Shown here: positions 12,192 through 24,445 of the stretch, piece by piece | Numbering within the stretch: the first letter of the stretch is position 1 | Layout: every line of letters begins with the position of its first letter | Assembly (NCBI RefSeq): GCF_018350175.1 | Contig: NC_058368.1 | Coordinates: 118,732,001 to 118,796,000, forward strand | Origin: Felis catus | Taxonomy: Eukaryota | Direction of reading: 5' to 3' | DNA: 64,000 bases | Notes under the pieces: model-generated | What the model saw: the letters and a program-made list of their open reading frames with translations, nothing else | The model's database searches: none | What the model was told of the DNA's origin: nothing | Translations under genes and position numbers: made by a program

Positions 12192-15100
12192 GTAAGTATG
12201 ATGTCCGGCTGCCTGCCGCACCGTAGGCCCTTGCTGAGCTATTCCACCTGGAATTGGCCTTCTGGCCCCATCTGACTCTGAGCATTGTCCCGTGAACATG
12301 ATTTTAACCTTCTTCCTAAGTGTGGAGCTTGGCTAGTTTGTTGTGGATTTTTTTAAGCATCATCATCTCAGAGGGGAATCATTATTCTTAACATACCGCT
12401 TCTTGGCCTTGGTGATCTTTGATTTACCATCCTGCTTAGGTGGCTTTGGTGATGGCTACTGACTGTGCTGGCTGCTGGGCATGAAAAGCGATTTCTTTTA
12501 GTTTTACAAAACATCCAGGCACTGTAGTAACTCAGAAGATCAGTAGCCAAGTCTGCTTCTCTCATTTATGTTGTCTTGGTTTCCCTTCTCCCTGATGATG
12601 TGGAGTATGTCCAGTGCTACCTCTGTGTCTCCTTCTAGAAAGAAGAGCTCTCCAGTAGCCCTTTGAGTTTCCAGATCCTCAAACCTTAGCATGACTGTGA
12701 TCACGTATCAGAGGCTAGAAAAGAGAAGAATCTTTGTTACTTCACCTTTGGGTGGTAAACACCCATAGCCCAGAACAGGCAGTTTTGGGGCTGCTTGTCC
12801 AGTCCTCCTCGGAAAGTGGATCCACTGTCTTACGGTTTCCTCCCACATTGCCTAGCATGCTTCTTCAGACCAACGCATAAATCCTGTCAATCGGAGCCTT
12901 TGCAGAAAGTATGTGAGGCCATGACCAGCACAGCTGGACCGTCAGGCTACAGTTGTATAAGACTCGGGAAAAATGGAGCTGACCTTGCCTTTCTCTAGTA
13001 AAAATAGTTTGAGGTTCAGCCACAGATTGCCTTCAGAGCAGTCATTGCACTTAGTGAGTCACCAGGATACGAGAACCTTCTCCTACCCCTCTCCGTGCCT
13101 TGGTTGCATCCTCACACCCTGCCATTCTATGTCTCTAAGATATTCACAGTTTGTAGAGCTGCAAAATGGGTCCAACAATTTTTGCCTTGGAGGAGACTAA
13201 GGGATATTAAGGCCTGGGGGTGGGGCTGGGGAAAGGACTCTAAAGCGGACTTAAGGGGTGCTTACACTGCAGATGAAACAGTAGCATCAGATGAAATCAT
13301 ACACTGGGAAAATAATGGTCTGTTTTCAGTGGTCGGCAGCTTTAAATCCTACCTCGATGTTCAGGAAATGGAATTACTTCCCTGTTACCTGGTGGGAAAT
13401 ACGGTTATTCACCAAGAAGTATACCAGTGCCTCAAGAGCTCAAAATAATTTAACTTGTTCAGCTTATGGGTGGTGAGTCTCTTCTGCTTCTCCACGGCCG
13501 TGCTTGCCTGTGGAGGCTCTGTGTCTTGCCGTCTGGCTCTGTCAAGCACTCCTCTATCTGCTTTCGTAGACTTGAAGGACATTCTGGTTTCTTCTTCCTC
13601 TCTCTTCCCCTCTCCCCATTTTGTCCAAACTTCTGTACCTGTCAGTAACTGATGTGATTGGTTGCTCAGCATGAGCGAGGTTGAATTTCCAGCCCAGGTT
13701 GCTTACCGTCCCCTGATGGTAGCCAGCAGAACCAATTAGTGGTCTTTAATCTTTGTTTTAAGTAGCTGGGAGCCCCCTGAGTCACCACTGAGTATGGTAT
13801 GTCCGAAGGGACTGCTTTGGCAGAGAAGTGATAAATGGGACAGTGTTTTTTTAAACAGGTCCTGGAGCAAGGAACTTTGGATTTTTATTTTTCAGTTGTC
13901 TAGATGTGATTTGTTTCACATAAAACACTGGGGGTCACTCTGCCTGCTTCACACCATCCATAGTGACCGTTCCCTGCCTGCTGCACAATTTGGGGGCTTT
14001 CCCAGGGAAGGAAGGGTGATGCCAGGAACAATTGGACTTTGTTTGACTTTCAAGGAAAGTTGGATGTAGGAGTGTGGAGGTTTCCAACAAGACTGCTCTC
14101 CTTCTAGGCTTCTAGTGAACACCTTCCTGATATCAATAAGTCTTGAGCTCAAGGCTGTTCTGAAGTAGAAGCAGTATTGATAGTGGCACTGACACCAGAG
14201 TTTGCCACGGCCCTGAACAGGGGCCACACAAAAGGCCCTGTAAGCTCTACAGCAGGTTCACTGACCATTTCTGAAACCCAAGGCAGTGAGATGCCATTTC
14301 CAAGTCTGTGCCGCCTTCATTTTTCCTGCCTGTGATTTGCTTGGGTGGACTATGGACAGAAACTAGGCGATCCTGGCAATGGAAGCCACAATACTTTGCC
14401 TCAGAAAACTAATTCTGAGAAGCCTGTCAGCACGGTATGCCATGGTGATTGGGCTCAGTCACAACCAACGGAGACCCTGGGGAATGAAAGGGTCCATTCC
14501 CTCCATCATTGTTCACTTTAAAGTACACAGAGATCCTTGAATGGGAACACTTAATGATGCAGATGAAAACAGAAAACAAAGTCAGGGGGTGGGGGATTAC
14601 CATTAGTTTGAATATTAATTAGGCATAAGGTGGGGAACCAGTCACCAGAAGCTGTCTGTTCTCCTTTTTATTTCATATATTTGCTTTTCATTGTTTTCAT
14701 AATGACTGGAACGGTCATTATGACCGTGTAATAGTCATAATGAAAGGAACATGCTTTGTGACTCAGCGTCCTTTGGTACTTTAGGGACCACATTTTGCTG
14801 TCTCATTGGTAAAACTTTCCTAATTCTCCAAGGAGATCAGGGCCCTCTTGTTTGTGTGGGCATAATGCTAAATCAGGCATCAAAATTAGAGATGCACCGT
14901 TCAAGCCATGCCAGGGCAAGGCTGCAGTGTTTGCATCTTTGGCAGACCTCCTAAAATGTACCCATCTCTCCTGAAGATCAGAAGACACCTAAGTCAGGAC
15001 CAAAGTCCAGTCTAAAATTGTCAGCAACTATTGCTGATCTACTGTGTGGCCAGACCTATGCTAAGCTACCAGGGGTAAAAGAGAAAAAGAGGATTTCTGG

Positions 15101-15206
15101 CCTTCCCAAGAGTTTATAAAGTGTGTCTGAGGAGGGAGGACAATGGTATATGGCAGTGCTAAGTGGGATTTATAGTGCATAAGTGCTTTTAGAGTTTACC
15201 AACTTT

Positions 15207-15413
15207 TTTTTTTAACATGTATTTATTTTTGAGAGATAGAGACAGAGTAGGAGTAGGGGAGGGGCAGAGAAAGAGAGACACAGAATCCAAAGCAGGCTCC
15301 AGGCTCTGAGTTGTCAGCAGAGAGCCTGATGTAGGGCTTGAACCCATGAACTGTGAGGTCGTTATCTGAGCCAAAGTCGAATGCTTAACCTACGGAGCTA
15401 CCCAGGAGTCCCC
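15207..15413 (-). mobile_element. CAN-SINE
   Basis: Reverse SINE ending cccaggagtcccc; TSD agagYtYaccaacttt at 15191-15206 and 15414-15429. Confidence 0.93.
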
Positions 15414-15690
15414 AGAGCTCACCAACTTTAAACTGATTATGTTGAGTACACGCGCCAGTGAGAATATCGGAAAGGGTGGCTAGATGAAATGTGAGGTTGG
15501 CATTAGCTAAGATTTTATAGATCAAAATGGATGGATGAAGGTCATTGCAGATAAGGGGGAATGAGGGAGGCAAAGATGATCCACAGTGGAGAAAAACAGC
15601 CTACAGACGTGCATGCTGGGAGAAAGGGAGCTTCCTTTCTCCCCTACCACTACCACCAAAAAACAAAACAAAAACAACACCTACTAAGCC

Positions 15691-15785
15691 AACGTTTATT
15701 TATTTATTTGTTTGTTTGTTTGTTTATACTTAAGCAATCTCTATACCCAACATGGGGCTTGAACTCTTGACCTTGTGATCAAACC
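15691..15785 (-). mobile_element. Truncated older CAN-SINE fragment
   Basis: T-rich tail then taagcaatctctatacccaacatggggcttgaactcttgaccttgtgatcaa; head missing. Confidence 0.7.
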
Positions 15786-15793
15786 AACTCGTC

Positions 15794-17168
15794 GTGCTGG
15801 AACAACTAGACATCCACCTGCAAAATAGGTAGATAGGTAGGTAGGTAGGTAGGTAAGTAGATAGATAAAGATACAGACTTGATACCTTTCAAAAAATTAA
15901 CTCAAAATGGATCATAGACTGAAACGTAAAATGCAAAACTATGAAATCTCTAGAAGATGACCTAAGAGAACATCTAGGTGACTTTGGGTTTGGCAATGAC
16001 TAGGAACATAATTCATGAAAGGAAAAATTGGTAAGTTGGACTTCATTTAGGTTAAACACCTATGCTGTATGAAAGATACTATTAAGAAAAAGAAAAGCCA
16101 AACCCAAAATAGGAGAAAATATTTGCAACACACATCCCTGATAAAGGATCAGTGTGCAAAATATATACAAAGAAATCTTAAAGTTCGGTAATAATTCAAC
16201 AAACAGCCCAATTAAAAACTGGGCAAAAGATCTGGATGGGCACCTCACTAAGGAAAACATTTAGAGGTAAATAAGCATATGAAAAGATGCTCAACATCTT
16301 AGGTCATTAGGGAATCGCAAATTAACACAATGAGATCTCTCTGTACACCTGTTAGAATGCCTAAAATCTAAAACAGTGACACCACCAAATGCTATTAGGA
16401 GGTGGAGCAAGAGGAACTCTCATGTGTTGCCAGTGGGAATGCAAAATGAGATACCCCCTTTGAAAGACAATTTGGCAGTTTCTTAGAAAGCTAAACATAG
16501 ATTTCTCATACAACACGGTCCAGCAATCACACTCCTCAGTGTTGACTCAAATGAGTTGAAAACTGAAGTTCACACAAAAACCTGCCCATGAGTATTTATA
16601 GCAGCTTCATTCATAATTGCCAAAACTTGGAAGCAACTAGGGTGTTCTTCAGTAGGTGAGTGTATAAACCAACTGTGGTACATCCAGACAATGGAATATA
16701 ATTTGGTGATAAAAAAAAGTGAGCTGTGAAGTCATGAAAGAAGCCACTCTGAAAATACTACAAAATGGTATGGTACCAAATATCTGACCTTGTGAAAAAG
16801 ACAAAACCATAGAGTCAGTTAAGAGATGAGTGGGCAGGAGGGAGGGGTAGTTGGAACACCGGGCATTTTTAGGGCAGTGACCCCATTCTGCATGGTACCG
16901 TAACAGTAGGTATCAGACAGTACACATCTGTCAAAACCCATAAAACCAGTGGGTCACGGAGTGAGTGAATCCTCACATCAACCATGGACTTTAGTTACTA
17001 ATAATGTATCAGATGGGTTTGTCACTTGCAACAAATGTACCTCACAAATGAGAGATGTTAATTACAGGGGAATTTAGCCAGTGGAGAGACATTTCATGGA
17101 AACTTTAGTTATTTTGAGCAGTTTTTCTGGAACCTGAAAACTGCTCTAAAAAATTAAGTCTATTAATA
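15794..17168 (+). mobile_element. Old L1 fragment (ORF2 end plus 3'UTR, L1MC1-like), containing a (TAGG)n repeat at about 15826-15866
   Basis: L1 hallmarks aaaattaactcaaaatggatcatagac, aaaactgggcaaaagatctg, gaaaagatgctcaacatc, gcaatcacactcctc; 3' end aactgctctaaaaaattaagtctatt. Confidence 0.85.
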
Positions 17169-17324
17169 CATTTTTTTTTAAATCTGGATTTCCAACTTCT
17201 TTTGAAAAGTTAGATTTGGCCATGCTAAATCCATGTGTTACTTGGTAACAGATGATGCTCGCCACAGGGGCTATCTCCTCACAACTGGCCTGCTTTACTC
17301 GGTCTTATCTTCTGGCTGTATCCC

Positions 17325-17754
17325 TGTGATAGATTAAATATGGTCAAAGAAGCTTTGCAACCCCCATTCAGAGATGGACTCCTTGGATCTGGGCTGGCCT
17401 TCATCCTCTGCCTTGATTTGGCCAAGAGAATGTGGTACAGATGATAACTGTGTGTAACATCCGAGCCCAGGCCACAGGACCTTGTAGCTTCCCATCTCAT
17501 CTTGGAATCCAGCTGCCATGTAAAAAGTCAAGTCTAGCCTCCTTGAGCATGAAAGATCATTGGAGAGAGAAGCCCAGCCATCCCAGTCAAGCCCAAGTCT
17601 AGGCCACCAATCAGTTGAATGCAGCCACATGAGTCCAAGAAGGACAAATAGAGAAGCTGCCCATTCAACCCACAGATTCATGAGAAATAATACATCGTGG
17701 TTTTTTAAGCCACTGAGTTTGGACCAGTTTATTCAGCAATAGTTAAATGACACA
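17325..17754 (+). mobile_element. MaLR solo LTR (MLT1G/H-like)
   Basis: Starts tgtgatagattaaatatgg; contains cagctgccatgtaaaaagtcaag; ends ttttaagccactgagtttgg...cagcaatagttaaatgacaca, as in MLT1 LTRs. Confidence 0.75.
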
Positions 17755-18504
17755 AGGCCCGTGCGTTTGTGACCTCAGAGCCCTCAAACTTCCTTGAGAG
17801 AGGGCTGCATTGCCTGGGTAAGGTAGAAAGGCAGTAAAGGTTCTCATTGTAGAGAGTGGAAGCATGGAGACTAGCCTGTCAGTTTTCAGAATCTTCTTTG
17901 AAAGAAACGATTCATAATGACTGAGGCAATCAGAAAGATAGCTCAAACACAGGCATGGAAAGCAGGAAACCCAGGGTTTTACTGCTGACACCAGCATAGA
18001 CTGGCTGGTGCCAGTCCTCAGGCCCAGGCATGCCCATCCCCCCGCTCCTTGGGCCGGACCAAGCGGGGCTGACCTGTCTCTGAGAATGGAGGTTGTTCAG
18101 ATGGTGCTTACAAAGGACTGACAAAATAAAAGTCACTCTCTACTCTCCCAGTGACCAATGGAGTTGGCCTTATGCCGCTGCCTTTCTGGAAGATAGTGAT
18201 TTTTAAGGAGGAAGTAAACAAATACTGAGAAAGAAGTCAGGGGACGTCCCACTAGGGACATAAAAATCTTGAGTAATTCCCTCAAGTTAAAAACTCCTAG
18301 GTGAATGCTTTCTTCAGACTGCTGGGGAAGGGACGGAAGGGCTTGTTAAGATGGAAAGCACGCTAGGAGGATAAAGGATGATTCTAGCCATGGAGGAACC
18401 CACCCTTGGAGTTCTCCCTGCCTGAGTGGTCCCCACCCCTAGAAAATAACTCCCTGCCCAGTAGCCTCATAAATAAAATGATTTTTTCATGTCCCTGCCG
18501 CTTG

Positions 18505-18546
18505 ACACACACACATACACATACACACACACACAAACACACACAC
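18505..18546. repeat. Interrupted (CA)n microsatellite
   Basis: Read directly from the sequence. Confidence 0.9.
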
Positions 18547-21034
18547 CCATTTCCAAGTTATTTCTGGTGACCTAAAAGGTGTGTGCATGCCAAATGCCTT
18601 CAAATTGTGCCACAGTCAACCGCCCTCTACCTCTTTGTGGCCAGGAAGAGGCGAGAGAACAGCCTCTGGAATTCAGAAGATAAACAGGGCCTGCTTCCAG
18701 GCTGCCTTGTTTCTCTGAAGCAGTGCTGGCTCCTCCTGACTTTGAGTCAGCTGCTCTCAGATGAAATCTGGGGAAAACTTGAGAGGTATCTGCAAAAGTT
18801 TACTTCTGTTTTACTTAGTTCAGTCAACGTTCACTCAGCACATGGTGCTTGAACACCTCCTGTGGGCCAGGCGTTATTCTGAGTGCTGAAGATGGAGTGA
18901 TACACGCAAGGGAGTTTCTGTCCTCCGTGGTCTTGTCTCATAATGGAGACAGGAGGTACATCAGTGCCTGTATATCAGATGTTGGAAAGTTCTGTGGAGA
19001 AAACTAAGGCAGAGTAGAGGAAGTACTGATTTGGAGGGAAAGGAGGCAAGTTACTTTAGTGCTTTCCACTGTGAATAGCAGTTAGTTTGTTTTGGAGGGA
19101 CTTCTGCCCTCCTCCCTATTTCCTTCCTGTCTCTCTATCCCCTCAACCTCCGTGTGTCTTTCTCGTGCGTGGACAGATGTCCCAGGCTGTTCCCCTTGCT
19201 TTCCCGCACCAACTTCCCACCTGGAATCGGACACTGTGACCCTGGAGCTGTCAGTCCGGTCATTGAGTTATCAGTGAAAAGGAGGAACTTCTCTAGGGGC
19301 AGGCATTGCCCCTCTTGAAACCCGGACCAGCTTGGGGGTAGGCATGCCTGTTGCTGAACAATTTGGAAACATCCAGCTCCCACGGGGTTGAGCTGTGTGC
19401 ATAGCTGTTATTTATTGAGACCAAATGAATCACAGAATGAATAGTATGCATTAAACGGTGATAATAAACGGTATATTTTTAAGTAATTTGATCACCTAAG
19501 TGTGATTTTATGTCCAAAGAGTTACACCCAAACAGGCAGCTATGATTTTACTACAATGATCTTGATTTGTCATTCTTTGGAATGCAGAGATTCGAAGAGG
19601 AAGTTTTCCTCTGTGGCTGAATCACTTTCTGTGGAGGAGGATCTTTCCTCTTAGAGTGAGGATTCTGATTCTCACCCACCTCCAGGCACAAAAGGTCTCT
19701 TCAGACTGTTTTGCCTGAAAAAGTGGTGGCATCCTCCACCTTGGGAAATAATTTGAAAGCAACATCATTTTCCACAAGGGATCCGTTGCCTCTTCTTGTT
19801 CCTCCTCACAACCGCTGGGGTGGTTCCAGCCAGGCTCGTTCATGGTTGTTTCTTAGACCACCTCACAACCATCCCACTTACACCTCAGTCTCCTGGGGCC
19901 ACCATGGCCACCACTCCTCCCAGTAACCAGGCCACGTTCCCTTGGCATTTTTAGAGATTGTCACTGATGTGACCCGTATTCTTGTTTTCTGAGTGTCTTC
20001 CTGTCAGCTTTTCCCATTCCATAGCCAAGATCTCCTTCACCAGTTTGGAGCCCAGCTGGCCTCACTTGGTTGAGGGTGGAGATTCCTGCCTGATGACCCA
20101 TCTGATTTTTATTGGATAAATGTGTTTGGTTATTAGCAGTTTTTTTTTTTTTTTTACGTAAAAATTGCTCAAGGCAGCCCTCACACTTCATGACCCAGCA
20201 GGATTTATTTCCCAAGCAACAAGGCTGTCAGTGCCACTTGGATCTCTACAGCCTGTCAGCAGAGGGGGTATGGGAGGAGGCGGGGACGGGACATCGTTCA
20301 AGTCCTTAGCCACATCCCTGTTTTCCAGCATAGTGGAAATCGCAAATGGAAAAATGTTTTCCTTCACACACATTGTTGTTTTCTTTCCTCCTTGATGAGC
20401 TAACATCATAAAGGTTCTGTATTCTTTCTGTCAACGAATTAATATTGCTAAACAATCTCAATTACCCAAATTTATCGTGACAGTAGATGATAACTAAAGC
20501 CTTGGGGCTTAATTAAACATAGAAATAAGTGAATTTAATCTGAATTTAGCTGCTCTGACATGGCTTATGGCACTGTATCTTATAGGTAAGTTGGTGTTAG
20601 GCATTTGTAAATCTTGAATTTTTGATTCAATCTTTAGGGAAAAGAAATAGGCTTATTATTTTGCGCATGGCTTTTAGCACTTTCAAGCCTATGAGGGGAC
20701 TTTGAAAGAACTTCAAGTTGCCATTTTTGTCCCTTAGAATTAGATTTGGAATTGTTTCTCTCCCTACCTGTGTACTTTGGGGAAATCTTATTGGTAGATT
20801 CAGATCCTAAATGGAGTAAATTAAAATCATATTAAAGTGCTCCTTTTTAAACCTTTTTGGTCAGTCTGGAAAGCAGATGCTTACTTAGCTAGGAACACAT
20901 CTCTAGTTGGAAACAGCCTCATGATCTTATTTTTCACCCCTTCTCTGCATTAAGTATCTAGAAAACCATGCAGGATCCAGTGTAGACTTCCTTTGCTCTC
21001 AGCTACGTAGGTCTTCCAGGGTAGGGGCTTAGCC

Positions 21035-21208
21035 CATTGAGGTGTTCAGGGTCCCTGGTACGACCTGAGAGTCCATTAGATATACCCACTTTCAGGCTTT
21101 ACTGCAGACTCGCTGGATCAGCCACTCTGGAAGAGGAACCCGGGGCTCTGTGTTCCAACAAGCCCTGCAGGTGATTCAGATACATCCTGAAGTGTGAGAA
21201 CCACAGGC
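21035..21208. mobile_element. MER5A-like DNA transposon fossil
   Basis: ctctgtgttccaacaagccctgcaggtgattcagatacatcctgaagtgtgagaaccac resembles the MER5A end. Confidence 0.65.
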
Positions 21209-22084
21209 ATAGAGCTCATGGGGTGGATGGACTTCCACAAGAATAAACACAGAATTTACTTCCTTGTAAAGCCTGCAGGACCACGCCTGCGTCATCCCTA
21301 GCACTCTGGTTGTCCCTGCATTGATGACAGTAAAGGGGCTTCAGAACACCCTGCCTCTGGCCTTTGAGATTAGTCACAACTTGTGAGGCTGATGACTGAT
21401 GAGTTTGCTTCTCAGAGGAGCCCAGTTAGCTCACCAGGGCTGCACTTTCCAAAGCCTGAGGGAAGCCAGCCTGCGGCTTTGCAAATGCATGCTTTTTGGT
21501 CACAAATCATGAAAGGATCGGTGCACCAATTAAACCAACAGATATTTTTATTGAGCACCTACTGTATGTGTAACATGAGAAGATGAAGACCTTTGCATCG
21601 AGAGGAAAACAGCTTGGAACATGGTAGATGACCATTAACATGTATAGGAGATTTGAGACTTTTAAATCAGCATTCCCCAAATTGGTGCAAGGAGGAGGGG
21701 GACAGGTGGGGAAGAGTAGGAGCTGAGTTGGATACAGTTGAACAGATTCTTGTCTCGAGGACTTTTGCGCCACTAAGATGTCCATTGTGAATCTCCCAAA
21801 GGGCATGTGTTATACCACGTTTCCTAAATGTATTTGACCTTAGCACATGCTCTTTACGGCACTTCTCTTTAGCCTCTTAAAACTGTATTCTATAGTTTAA
21901 GAAATGCTTTTCTATATGAACACTCTACTTTTGAGGGGGGAAATGTATTTTTCCTAATGGATGGCACTATTAGGGCAACAGTCCTTCTGTAGAGCATTTA
22001 TGGTTACAAATAGCTGTCTGAAGGCTGACATGGGCTATATCATGTCCAAAAAGCTTTGGGATCTGGTGTAAGGAAAAACCCACG

Positions 22085-22265
22085 TGGCCTGGTAGTGAAG
22101 CTTTGGCCCTGCTGTTTCCTGTCAACTTGTGCAATTACTTTCCCTCTCTGAGCTAAACCTCTTCTGCGAAATAGGAATAATAACAGTAATAAAAATAATC
22201 GTAGTAATAACAAGACCTACCTTCAAGGTTGTTGTGAGGGTCAGATGAATTAATGCCTGTATAAT
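22085..22265 (+). mobile_element. MIR fossil
   Basis: tactttccctctctgagct...aataataacag...cctaccttcaaggttgttgtgagggtcagatga. Confidence 0.6.
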
Positions 22266-23737
22266 TAAATGGCTAACAAAAATTGGTTTTCTTTTATGCT
22301 AAGCAAAAACTGGTTTGCTCTTAGACTGTTGCCCTACTATGAACAAATCCTTACTATCGATTTTTTCTGGTGGTAACAGTAGACACTCAGTGTTTATTTT
22401 TTTGTTTGATCCTGGTGTGACACAAAGAACCCATATTAAAAATAATGAGGTAATTTTAAAATAAAACATCTAAAACTAAGTTAACTACAAATAACAAAAT
22501 CCCCTGAAAGCAGTCAAAGCACTCCTCGTTCAAGACTGGCTTCAAGCTGTTTGCACAAAGTCAGCAGGCTCAGGTGTTTACTCTCCAGAGTCTTGTCAAG
22601 CCATCTATCTACTCCCATTGTTTCTCTGTTGGGTGGAGCCAATTGGAACGATACTAATTAGAGGAGAACCTAATTGCAATCCTGAGATTTCACTGGGGGA
22701 TAATTTAGCCTCAGGAATTCCTTTCCAGCCTGTGACTCTGTGTAAATTTGACTGTCATTATGACAAAAAGAAAAAGAGTTTCTAAAAGCATTCTGAAATT
22801 CTGCCTCTTAGTCATTCACTGCATTGGTTCTATCGGGTTCTTTTAGTGCCTATTAGCTTCTTTCCCAAAGAAGCAGTGGAGCTCTTCCCAAGACATTGCT
22901 TCAGTGTTCCCTTCAATAGTCCTTACAAATTGGACAGGTGATGGGGCTGTGGCTGGGTCACTGTCAAAAATGTGCAGTAAAGGGATAAAATAGTTGCTGT
23001 ACAGACCCCCCCCCCTTACCTCTTTTTGCCTTAAGTGAAGAAGCTGTGTCTTCAGAGGAAGCCAAGATGATATTGTCCACAAAGAAATAAATGCGAAGAT
23101 GTCTGCCCAAGGATAATGTATTAGAATCCTAAGAAGAAACATCAGCACCATGAAAATAGCATAATTCAGGGATGGTTTATTTATAAAGGATTGGAGGCAG
23201 GAAATTCATAAGAGATAGTACAGTAAACCAGGGCTAGTCACATCCAACCAGTTATCAACCTTAGGCTGGAAGGACTTGCATAGAAAATGGTGGCCAGACC
23301 CGAAGCAAAGAGAGGTCTATAGAGTCAGTCCCTTGAAAGGAATTTTGGTCAAGGGGCTCACCCATGTACAGACATCCTCTCAGGGAGACAAGGGAATAAA
23401 TACCTTGGCTCTCTCCTTTCTGCTGGTGATCTCTTGCCCGAGCTCCCCCGCCTTGGTGGCCCCAACAGGAAGCCAGAGGTTGCAGGATGTAATCCATGTT
23501 AGTTAGCTCTTAGGGAAAAGAGGGCAGGAAGGACAGTGGATGTTCTCCAGTGCATATGTATATTGTAACACCACTTATAGAAGCCACAGTGTGGGACCTG
23601 AAGGGATAACCATCAGTAAAAGACTGCCAAAATAAATCCCGGAGTATACTGCTAACCAGTACAGCAGAGGAATGAAGGAGTTGTATTTGTGCTGGTATGA
23701 ACAACCTTCTAAGGTCCATTAAGGGAAAAGTAGGGTG

Positions 23738-23915
23738 CTGTGTTTCTCAGCCCAGGATGCACATTAGTATACCTGGGGAACCTAAAGTAAAAAAATGCCA
23801 ACACTCCTTTCCCGGAGCCTCAGAGTTAATTGGCCTGGGGTGGTATCTGAGTTTTGGTATCTTTCTTAAACTTCCATGGTGGTTTTGATATTCAGCTAGA
23901 TTTGAAAACCATTTG
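23738..23915. mobile_element. MER5-like DNA transposon fossil
   Basis: gtttctcagcccaggatgcacattagtatacctgggga...ttaattggcctggggtgg...ttgaaaaccat. Confidence 0.6.
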
Positions 23916-24257
23916 TGTGTGTGGTATAATCCTACTTATGTGTAAGACTCCAGTGATATATACACCTGTAGATATGTGTACATGTTTGTAATGTTTCTGG
24001 AAAGATACAGGGGAGTGAATCTATGCGGTTGTCTCTCATAGAGGCACGTGGGACATTGGCCTTTGGTGCAGGGGACACTGATGTTTCCTTTCAACACTAC
24101 CCGTTTGTAGCGTTAGAATTTTTTTAACGTGTGTATGCCTTGATTGTTCCATTTTGAAAACTCAGAAGTAAATTTTCTCAGTTTTAAAATCACCATTTCA
24201 TTTTTTTCTTAAATTTATGAGGTACATCTTTGTGCGAAGGATTTTTTTAAATGTGCT

Positions 24258-24336
24258 TTAATTTCCAAGTTTTATTGAACAATAATTGGCACACGTCACC
24301 ATGTAAGTTTAAGGCATACAGCATGATGGTTTGATT
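24258..24336 (-). mobile_element. Short L1 3' terminus (L1MA-like) fused to the U6 copy
   Basis: tttccaagttttattgaacaataattggcacacgtcaccatgtaagtttaaggcatacagcatgatggtttga resembles the reverse L1MA 3' end, with AATAAA on the minus strand. Confidence 0.75.
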
Positions 24337-24339
24337 TTT

Positions 24340-24445
24340 AAAATAAGAAATGTTTTACAATCTGTGTGTCATTTTTGCCCAGAGGTCTTGCTAATCTTAT
24401 CCTTATTATTCGAATTTTTAGTATATGTGCTGCCGAAGTGAACAG
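24340..24445 (-). pseudogene. Full-length degenerate U6 snRNA retrocopy
   Basis: Plus strand aaaata..tgtgtcatttttgcccagaggtcttgctaatctt...aatttttagtatatgtgctgccgaagtgaaca aligns end to end with the reverse complement of U6 (GTGCTCGCTTCGGCAGCACATATACTAAAATT...GATTAGCA...ATGACAC...TATTTT). Many substitutions; the ACAGAGA box is destroyed. Confidence 0.92.

Noticed and set aside
11931..12299. 122-aa minus-strand ORF
   Set aside because: Antisense shadow of the real exon, with no recognisable protein.
23110..23600. Possible ERVL-type LTR remnant
   Set aside because: Resemblance is too faint to name or delimit without a Dfam search.
24340..24445. Functional U6 snRNA gene
   Set aside because: Many substitutions including loss of the ACAGAGA box, no evident PSE/TATA upstream, and fusion to an L1 tail mark it as a retrocopy.
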